Source of the DNA: Octopus sinensis
Taxonomy: Eukaryota
Assembly: GCF_006345805.1 (NCBI RefSeq)
Contig: NC_043000.1
Location: 83,576,001-83,640,000, forward strand
Direction: 5' to 3'
Length of the DNA stretch: 64,000 bases
The translations under genes and the position numbers were made by a program. Under the pieces are notes generated by a model. It searched no databases. It saw only the letters and a list, made by a program, of their open reading frames with translations, and was not told the DNA's origin. Shown here piece after piece: positions 26,753-38,100 of the stretch. How positions within the stretch are numbered: the stretch's first letter is position 1; each line of letters begins with the position of its first letter.

Positions 26753-29700
26753 TATGCTACTGACATTTTCTGTTTGTTCAGTCAATATTGCTTTAAACTG
26801 TTTCACATTTAATTGAATGTAAAATGAATATTATTAATTAATCTTACTATAAAATATATATGGATTGAATTGCTGATATGAATCAGTTGTCTTTTAGGTT
26901 TCTTTATTTGACTTACTGGTTATTAGTTATTGTAATAAAACTAAATGTTAATCAGCTCATTAAGGCTAAATAAGTCAGATTGGGGTGTATATCTTACAGA
27001 TGGTAGAGAAATCATGTTGAGTTATGGGTGTATATCTCACAGCTGGTGTTGTCTTATGATCCATAGACAAGATGTTGAATATAGTTTTGTAAAAAATTAA
27101 AGAAATTTATACTTAGTTAAATTGTTGTTATTGGCTTATTTGGATTACTCTTGAAGATCTATTTTTTTCTTGGTGACAAAATTGGAAAATATCATTTTTT
27201 GATGTTTTCCTAATTTTATTTGTAGCATAAATGAACTGAAATGTTTTAAACTGTGATTAAAGCAAAACTTGTCATTCTTTTATCAAATATCTAATATATA
27301 ATAATAATTGTATTTGAAAAATATCTATATTTTCTCAAACTCCATCAAGTTAGAAAATCAGGTATTTGGTGCAATTTATAAATGTTACAAAGATTTTGAA
27401 ATCCAAGCCTCTTGCCATTCATATGTCATACCTATTTACAGTCGTCAATCAGATTTGCTTTACCCATACCATTTAGAAACATCAGTATCATATGATGCAC
27501 TATCATAGCTACAATATTTTGTACACTGTCTAAACTACGTAGCCCAATATTCTGTTTCAGTTACTTAATGTTTCCCTGCTGGTTTAAACTATATCAGCCA
27601 TCTTTATTCATATACTTCAAGTAATGATTACTCATAGAATTCAACCAAACCAGTTTTATATAAACTAAAACTATTGAAATACTATACTTGATCTCTAATT
27701 GTGGAGGGAACAAATGGAAGGGGTAGACTCCAGAAGATGTGAGATGAAGAGGTGAGGAAGGATCTTCAAACATTGGGTGTCACAGAGAGGATGACAAGGG
27801 ACCATGGTTCCTGGCAGTTTACTGTGTTTGAGAAGATACATCCAACTAAGTAAAATTGTCCTTGCAGACATGCATGTTCCTTGCATCCCAATTCAGCTGA
27901 GCATTCCTGTTGTGTCCCACTTTATAGACAACATATTTTGTTGTCTCTGTGGGACAACAGTGTACCTCACTGACTAACATTACTGACTGTATCAGTCCAC
28001 AGCAGATCCTAATTTTATTCCTTTATTGCCCACCAGGGGCTAAACACAGGGGGGACAAACAAGGACAGACAAAGGGATTAAGTCGATTACATTGACCCCA
28101 GTGCTTAACTGGTACTTAATTTATCAACCTCGAAAGGATGAAAAGCAAAGTCGACCTTGGTGGAATTTGAACTCAGAACGTAACAGCAGATGAAATACCT
28201 ATTTCTTTACTACCCACAAGGGCTAAACACAGAGGGGACAAACAAGGACAGACAAATGGATTAAATCGATTATATTGACCCCAGTGCGTAACTGGTACTT
28301 AAAGTCGACCTTGGCGGAATTTGAACTCAGAACGTAATGCCAGATGAAATACCGCTAAGCATTTCGCCTGGCGTGCTAACGTTTCTGTCAGCTCACCGCC
28401 TTAAACAACAGATCCTAATCTTGTGTGCTTGTGGCTGCTGGTGCTATGTAAAAAGCACTTGTGCCAGTGCCACTTAAAAGCATCGATGCCAGGCTGGGTA
28501 AAAGCACCCAGTACACTCTGTAAAGTGGTTGGCATTAGGAAGGGCATCCAGCCTTAGGAACCATGCCAAAACAGACAGGGAGCCTGGGCAGCTCTTCAGC
28601 TGGTCAGTTATTGTCAAACCACCAAACCTATGCCAGTATGGAAAACAAATGTTAAATGATGATGATGATGAAGATGGTGGTGGTAGTAGTGATGATGGCA
28701 GCATGGAGGTAGCAGCTTATAAGATACTTTATTTTAACAAAAAATGTCTCAAAATGTCACCCTGAGCCCTATATGTGTAGTGGGACCCATATTACATGCA
28801 TTAATGCACTAAACATTTTTTATTTGAATATGCGCTGCTGAAATGAGGGGTGCATCTAATGTGCCTGAGCATCTTTTATGCCTTTAGATACAGTAAATAT
28901 CATAGAGCTTTACATTAACATGTCTTGTTTCTAGTTATGTAATTATCTGATATGTAAAACTTCATGAATAGTTGTACTTGAAATATTTCATTGATAGCTT
29001 AAGATGTTTTAACTTGGAAACTTTTTTGTTTTGCAGAGTCCTTGGATGGAGTTAATTGATATGAATATGCTTACATATGAATCTGTAACGTTGGCACTTG
29101 TGTGGACTGAAGAAATTACTGTGAGTTACCATCATCAATATAAGCAGAAAAGTAAAACTGATTCTAACTTCAGAGTCAGTACTGGTTAGTATATTTATAT
29201 TTTCTTAGGTGAAGCACCTCATTTAGATTTTTATTTCCTAAATTTTCAGTTAATAATTACAAGAAGTAAAGAAAATTTTTGTTATTGGTTGCCAGTAAGA
29301 TGTAGAAGGATAGGTTCTGTCACATGGACTTATATATTTCATGAGGTTGATGTCTTCACTGAGACCCAAATGACATTGAATTCTGGGATTGCAGAGAAGT
29401 ATTCAGCTTTTATATAGTAAAATCATATTCACTGCAGGTATTTTGGAATATTTATATCTAAGTGTTTCTGTTTAGGAATAGCTATATGAAATTTTCTGAA
29501 AGTATCACCTGTGATAGACAGATGATGTCTTATATCTGCTGATAACAAATTCTTTGACCTCTGTCTGTCATTAACAACCATGGATAAGGATCCTAGTTGT
29601 CTGCCTTAATGGAATAGTGTTGTCTGTGGCTGAACAGTCCAACGCATGAATGGCAGTTGCTTCCACACAAGCTGCACTTGTGGGTTGTCCTGGTACTGTT

Positions 29701-32700
29701 TGGGTTGTAGTGTAGTCTGGTTCTGTCACTCTGATATAGTCTGTTTGAAAGGATCCAAGCCTGTTCAGTATGGTATGAAGGACAGGTTGTTGCCCATGCA
29801 GCATGTTTCCCCTACTCCCATCCTCCCCTACATCACTGATGAATCCAAAGGAATAGCACAGCCATTAGAGTTTGGCACCAGTATCATCACAGGAGTTGCC
29901 AGAACAAGGCTGTAGACAATGTCAAACTGCCTCAGGGACTCTGACTATTGATCCCCCCCCCTCAGGGTTTATACTCAGAGCCTTTCCCATGGTTAGGTAT
30001 AGCTGCAGGGCAGTGGGCATTTGCAACTCTATTTTCTTTCCACTATGTAGATGCCCCCCCTCCACTCCAGGCTATCAAGCTCCACTTTCCCAACTGACTT
30101 GCTAATTAATCCATAGGTTGGGAACAGTAATGGCTAAGAGGTGGTTCCATACTCTTCAGAATCCTGGAACTACTGAACCAGGGCCCCACTACTTTATGTA
30201 GTTTAAAATCATACCCAGATATATGCTAGCTTACTGTCTAACTGGCAGTCTGCAAGAGACAATAGTTTGTCCTCAGATATACATCTCCACAAACATCTTT
30301 CCATCAACAGAGCAATATAACCATTTAATCAATAAGGTGATCATAAATCAGTAAGGTGATCATAAATCAATTAGGTGATCATAAAATCACTAAGGTGATC
30401 ATAAAATAAATAAGGTGATTATAAAATAAATAAGGTGATCATAAAATCACTAAGGTGATCATAAAATAAATAAAGTGATCATAAAGTCAATAAGGTTTGT
30501 CATTTTTTTTGTTTGTTTTTGATTTTATTCTTGTGTCTTGTCTTTGTATTTTCTTTTCTAGCCACAACTCGAATTCTGAACCGGTTAAAAACACACAGCA
30601 TTCCACTAGGCCCCCCTCCTATAACTGATCCATCACCACCTGTACCAGAAGTGACTGTTACTGCACTTGAAGAGAAGTCTACCCTTATGTATATTATAAA
30701 TACAGATTTGAAAGTACTCTGCAACCATGCTAGGTAATAATATCAGTAAATTAATTCCTCAAATATTTTATTAATTGTATCGAGTGACATTTGTCAATAT
30801 GACCTCCTTTAACTTTTTCTCAAAGGCATGCACACACACACACACACTCACGCACACATATGTACACAACACTATCTCACTATCTATATAAAAGCAGTTC
30901 TCTTGTATCTATAATTAGTAAGACATGAAGTGTGTTAGTCTTTCCTCTTTCTGTTATCAGTTTTTGAGATCAGATCAATATTTTATTAAACTAGTTATCA
31001 TTCTAGTTTGCAATAAATGATGAAATATCCTCATGCTTCTGTCATCAAATGATGTACTCTGTGTACTCTTGTAGTTGAATGATATATTATTATCCTGACA
31101 GGAAAATGTAAAATCATTTGATGAATAATTTTTCACTTTGGATCTACCTATTAATGTATTATATTTTCCTTTCATTATTTTCAGAAATTTCTCCAGGCAG
31201 GTATCTAGACATATAACTATGGATTTAGAATACCTTGATCTGCTTCCTCAACTTTACAGCAATGAATGGAATCAGGTATATAGAACAACTGCTTTTAATA
31301 ACTTATCTTTGTCGTTTTCTACTTATCATCATCATCATCTTCATCATTTAACATCCATTTTTCATGCTGTTAAGGCCAGGGACCGCACCAGACTCCATTG
31401 TCTGTTCTGGCATGGTTTCTATAGTTGAATGCCCTTCCTAATGCCAGTCATTCCACAGAGTATGCTGAGTGCTTTTTATGTGGCACCAGCACCAGTGCCT
31501 TTAACGTGGAACTGGCATGAGTGTTTTTTTTATGTGATGCCAGAACTGATATTAATCCTGCTATGGTGGACAGGTCTCCTTGAGTACTATAATGCGCCAG
31601 ATATCTCAGTCCTTAGTCATCTCTTTCATATGGCTCTGTGTCTTGAGATTGACCTTCAATGTTTCATCCTATGTCTTCCAGGGTTTCCCTCTTCCACAAG
31701 TTCCATCCATTTTAAGTGATTGGCACTCCTTTATGTGACTGTTTACATCCATACACATCACTTAACCAAACAAGTGCAGCCTTCTCGCTTGCATACTGCA
31801 ACTAGTTCTTCTTATGCTCGGCTTCTCTTACAATACACTAAACATGCTGTTGTACGCATTTTATGAAAATTTGATGGTTGTTTTAGCCATATGCCATTTA
31901 CAGAGAATCTACTGGAAATACCTTATAGCACTATCATATCAAATATATTAGTATGTTACTCATTATGTGCTCTCTCTCTCTCTACCTACCTCCTCTCATA
32001 CATATAAGAATGGTGTCAGATTCACTCCATCTGTATGTTGCCTTAAGGCAAGTGTCTTTCACTATTGCCTTAGGCCAACCAAAATCTTGTGAGTGAATTT
32101 GTTAGACAGAAACTGAAAGAAGCCTGTCATATGTATGTATATTTGAGCATGAATGTGTGTGTGTGTGTTTGCATTGTCCTCGTCTTCACATCACATTCTT
32201 GTTGTAAATGAGTATCATTAATTTCCAATATTCTGCAAATGGGCAAATACTACCTTATTTGGAAACAAGCAACAGTTGGTGACAGGAAGGCCGTTTGACC
32301 ATAGGAAATCTGTCTTAATAAACTCTATCATGCGTTGGGCCTCATGGAAGCATCTGGCAGCCATACTGGCAGCACATAAAAAGTACCTATTGAGTGTTGA
32401 GCCTCACAGAGGCAATGTCTGATGCCAGTGTTGTGTAGCTTGTACCTGTGCAAGTGGTATGTAAAAAGCACCTTTTGAATGTTGGGCCTCACGGAGGCAA
32501 TGACATATGACAGACTTTTTGCAATATGCCATGCTTGAGAAGAAGACCCATCAAGCCAAATGAAATCGCAATCATGGCAGATACTGTTGTCACGCAAATG
32601 GTATCTGTGCCAGTGGCATGTAAAAGCACCTGTTACACTCTTGGAGTGGTTGGCATTAAGAAGAGTATCCTGCTGTAGAAACCATGCCAAATCAGACTGG

Positions 32701-35154
32701 AGGGTGAAGTCCCTTAGCTTGCTAGTCCTGGTCAAACCATCCAACCTATGCCAGTATGGACAATAGACACTAAATGATGATGATGATGAGGAGGATGATG
32801 GTGATGGTAGTGTGTGTGTGTGTGTTTATAATGTACCTATTTAATGTTTATGTATATACAAATTGGCTGAAACTTCAAAGTTACAGCCAACAATATTCTT
32901 GTGTAAGAGTAAAAATTAATACTCTACAAAAGTATAGAGTAACCCATCACATTAATGTAAAATTATTGTTTTTATTATATCTGAATATCAAAACAAAACA
33001 AAACACACACACACACATTTATAATATGCCTGTTAAAGTGCTGGTGTTGTTGGTATTGGCATATTTGTTTTATTTAAGCATATTATTTTATTTAATGTTA
33101 AAAACATTTGGTCTGTTTCTGAACTAAAGCTGTTGTATAAATCAAATTCATTAACATTAAATCTTTCAATTGTTGATAGGTCCCAGTAACACTAGAATGC
33201 AGGAGTACTATCAACTTTACCCACAAGTGTTCTGGTTCAATCACAACATCTGTAAGAGTAAGTATTTAGATATAATTCAGTGTTGCATTGTGCATTTTGT
33301 ATGCATGTTACTCTGCAGCACTTTCTCTTATGGTTGACATATTGTTTTTATCCTCTCATATTCTGCTCAACTTCTATCACTATTCAACATGATTTTCTTT
33401 TTTTCTCTCTCTTCACAGATTCACCGACCTCGATTATTGAGCCTCGTACTGACTGTAATAGTAATAGTAGTAGTAGTAGTTGTAGTAGTAGTTAAATAGT
33501 ATTCCTTCAAATTGCATGAATCTTCTGCATAGGAGTATAATTAGTTGAAGCAAGCATTATATATGAATTTCAGAGGGAGAAGGCTACAATTTTTGAGGGG
33601 TTAAACAATTGATTATACTTGATTGATACTTTATTTTTTACCCCTGGAATATTGAAAGACAAAGTTTATTATGAGCTTAGGCAGGATTTGAACTCAGATT
33701 GTAAAGGTTGGCAACTAAATGCAGCAAGGTATTTTATCTGATGCTCTATTAGCTCTGATAGTAATTTCTCTTGTTATGTACTAGATGATAAAAAAATGTG
33801 GTGAGACATAGTGGTGAAACATATCACATTAAATTATCTGTGGAATGACACAAATTTTGTTCTTACACATCTGTTTTGGAGTGAAATGAACATATGGAGT
33901 TCTAACTCAAATGTTATATGTTGTGCACTTTAATAGGCATGCTACAGGGGTTGGACAAAATACCGGAAACACATAGCATCATAATTTTGAAATATCTATA
34001 AAACCACCAAAAGCTTGTTTATTTTTATGTTTTTTGATTTATTATTAGTGTTGCTTAATATGTTTTGCTAAAATTGCTGTTTCTTTTCAGATATTACCAG
34101 AAAAAGGTAATTAGAATTCATTAAAATGACAGATCTATCAGACTTTCAAAGAGGTCAAATTGTTGGTGTTAGCATAATGAAAACAGCTGAAATGTTAGGT
34201 GTATCAAGAAGTACTGTCTCAAAAGTAATGATAACCTTTGAGAAAGAGGGAAAAACCTCCTCATTGAAACAAAACTCCGGAAGAAAACCAAAACTTTCAG
34301 ATAAGGACTGTTAGATTCTTACATGAATTGTTAGAAAGGATCACAAATGTACAGCTCCCCAAATTACTGCAGAGCTTAATGACCACCTTGAGAACCCAGT
34401 TTCCAGAAAAACTGTTCACTGGGAGCTGCACAAAGCTGGATTTCACAGGAGGGCTGCAATCAGAAAACCACTACTTTCAAAAACAAACATTGCAAAGCAT
34501 TTAGAGTGGAGTAAAAACCTACAGAATTGGTCCCTAGAGCAGTGGAAGAATGTTATTTTCTTAGACGAGTCATCCTTTACCTTATTTCCGACCACTGACC
34601 GAGTATAAGTGTGGAGACTGCCAAAAGAAGGATTTGACTCAGACTGCATTCTTCCAACTGTTAAACATGGAGGAGGATCTGTGATGATCTGGGGGGCTAT
34701 ATCTTGGATATCTGCTGGCCCAGTGGTTTCCCTTCATGGCAGAATTAATAGTCAAGACTAAACATTTTATCTGATCAAATTCATCCTATGCTTGCGGAAC
34801 TGTTTCTGGAGGGAAACGCAATCTTTCAGGATAATAATGCACCAATTCACGCAGCTAAAATTGTTACTGAATGGCATGAGGAACATTCTAGCAAATTTGA
34901 ACATCTTATCTGGCCACCACAGTCCCCAGATCTCAATATTATTGAACATTTATGGTTCATTTTAGAAAAACAAGTAAGGAGTCAATATCCTCCACCATCA
35001 TCACTACAAGAACTGGAGACTGCTTTAGCTGAAGAATGAACAAAAATTTCTTTGGAAGCAATTAAAACTTTGTATGAGTCCATACCTCGTAGAGTTCAAG
35101 CTATAATTACTGCTAAATTTGTTTGAAACTTTAAGACATTATTTTGTCCAACCC

Positions 35155-35194
<40 letters not shown>

Positions 35195-38100
35195 TGATCT
35201 ATTAACCATAGCTACCTTCCTTGCTTTTATGTGTTTTGTATATAAAATATTAAAGACATGTATTAAATGTATTTTATACCTACAATACTGAAGACTTATT
35301 AATGAGTTGTAGGCATATGGTATTTCATTATGCAAGCATGATATGCTGCAAAAAGTCAATACCATGTACTACTGTGTTAGCAGTGCGCTTAAATCACATG
35401 TTAAGGTCATCTCTACAGATTTTCTAAAGAAATTATAGCCTGAATCAGTGCTTGCTATAATTTTTAAAGAAAATCTGTAGAGATGACTTTTGGCAGTAAT
35501 ACTGAAGACATGAAAATATGTTTGCATGTGACCAGATAAGTATAACATATTCCATGTTGAATTGATGAATGTATGATATAATTTCTGGTGGTAATTTGGT
35601 AAACAATCAAATGTCAACAATTTATTTTATTTTTATGTATTTACAATTTGTTTTTTGTTTACATATTGTCATGGTGTTTATATAATTCTCAATGTAAAAT
35701 TCAGAGTAATATATCAAGAAACTTCAAACTCTCATAAAATATGTAAACTCAGCTTTGTGTATTAAATCCATTTTATTTTTAAGTAAACGCAAGCATTCAC
35801 CAGTCTGTGTATATGCACACGCATGCGTGTGTGTTCATATGTTTATATCTTTAGCTGATATATTTGCAAAGTGACATCAGTGAAAGCTGGTGCACTTTCA
35901 GTGGAATCCTTTGTACCATTTAAGACACTTCCCTTGTCAATTTGATTCAGAAATGTAGGCAATTGGTATTTGGTTCATGGGAAACCTGTAGCTGATGTTA
36001 CTATTGATCACCAATTGCAAAATAGAAAAAGAAATTATCTGAGAACTGTAAATTCCTAATACAGCTAAGTTTAGAATGGTTTAGAGTCCAAGAGTGACAA
36101 ACTGTCAATATCTGAATTGACCACAGGAGAAAGAATCTACATTTATATCTCTCCTCTATCTCTTATCTTTTATCTTTTACTTGTTTCAGTCATTAGACTG
36201 CGGCCATGCTAGGACACAGCTTTGAAGAATTGACCCAGTAATATTTTTTTTTTTTGAGCCTGGTACTTATTCTATTGATCTCTTTTGCCAAACTCCTAAG
36301 TTACAAGAGTATAAACACACCAACACCAGCTGGCAAGTGGTGGTAGGGGACAAACACAAAGAGAGAGATACAGAGAGAGAGAGAGAGGGCTTTTTTCAGT
36401 TTCTGTCTACCAAATCCACTCGTAAGGCTTTGGTCAGTGTGAGACTATAGCAGAAGACACTTGACCCAGGTGCCATGCAGTGGGACTGAACCCAGAATGT
36501 AAATTTTTATATATTTCTTTTCTTTTAATTAAAACTGCAACTTCTTTATATGATAGATGTTAAAAATGTGATTGTTATTTATCATCTTTCTTCATTCTGC
36601 ACATCTTATAGGTATGTGAAAAAACTCTAAACGCCGATATACAACAGAAACTTAATGATATAGAAGGCCAACAACAAGTTTTAGTACAAGAAGGTTTACT
36701 TCCTCCTCCTCAAAAAGTTTGTGTTGCTGCAGTTCATGTGGAAAACATTATCACGTAAGTTGATGACTTATGCAAAGAATGATATTTGAACCATAACAAC
36801 CAAAATGGAAATATAAACACAATTTTGAAGTCTTAATGTTTTGGAGAGCATTTATAAATCAAAAGCAAAACATTTGAAAGAAAAACTTTTCCTGGTAAAT
36901 TATAAACTTCATAAATAGTGATAAGTGCAGTAGGGTGTATCAACCTGGTTTATTACCTTGAGTGGTATTGCTGTTGAGTGTACTAATATCTTGGTTTCAA
37001 TTCAGAATAATTTTCCTTCTTTTATATCTGTCAGAGACTTGAAATGAGTTCACATTATAATTATCAACAAGATTGCAGGACATTTATTTGGTCTGCTAGA
37101 AATAGAAACCAAGTCTTTCTCAAATCACATCTTTCTGTATAAAAGGGAAGGATGTATTGGATAATGTGATTTAAAACAAAACTGATGAAAATTAGGCATA
37201 ATGTTAAACTATATGGTGTATTATAGGTACAAGCCACAAAAATAAAAGGGTGTCATCATGATGATAGTACTTAGAGGTTACTTGTTTTTGTAATGTTCCC
37301 TTTTCTGTACTTACATAAGTCAGATAAGTGTGTTGAAATAAAGCCATGGTTCAATAAAGAAATTTCTGGTAATGGTGGTAGTGGTGAGAGTAGTAGGTGG
37401 GCTGTCAGTAGAGGTAAGGAATCAGAACACTGTTAACCCTTTAGTAGTCAAGTTACTATGTCAGATGTTATGTTTCACATTGTTTTGAATTAATCATGTA
37501 TTATCTCAAAATTTCAATGATATGATAATATATTTTTTCAATGACATTGTTGGAAAAACGTGAGAGGTCAGATTTGGCCACTTTGGACATAAAACAGGCA
37601 GAATATTTAGGTCAGATATAGCTGGTTTAAATGCTAAAGTGTTAAACTTCAAACACTTAATTAAAACCACATGCTCTAATAGTTAGGGGTTGCACTCATG
37701 ATTGTTAGATCACGGGTTCAATTTGCAGACAGGGCAGTGTGTTGTGTTCTTGAGCAAAACACCTCATTTCACATTGCTTTTCAAGTGGGAGAGTGGCAGA
37801 ATTGTTGGCACGTTGGCAGAAATGCTTTATGGTTCATCTTCTGGCTCTCTACATTCCGAGTTCGATCCCACCCACTTGGAGAAGCCAATAGGAAACCACT
37901 CCAGTGTTCACCCCAAGTCCAGTTAGGGTAACCAAAATCCCAGTAATCTACTTAAAGGTGGCAGGGAAACATACAGGCCCTCCCAGGTTATATAGAGAGT
38001 GCTGGAGATGATTCACATGCACAGGACCTGTCCAAGGGCTGACCACTACTAGACTAGACTTAATTGTTTCCACATTATGACTTAGAAGTTGTACCTGCTA

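Noticed and set aside
30328-30496. Possible CRISPR array
   Set aside because: Contiguous 19-20 bp units without spacers; an ordinary minisatellite.
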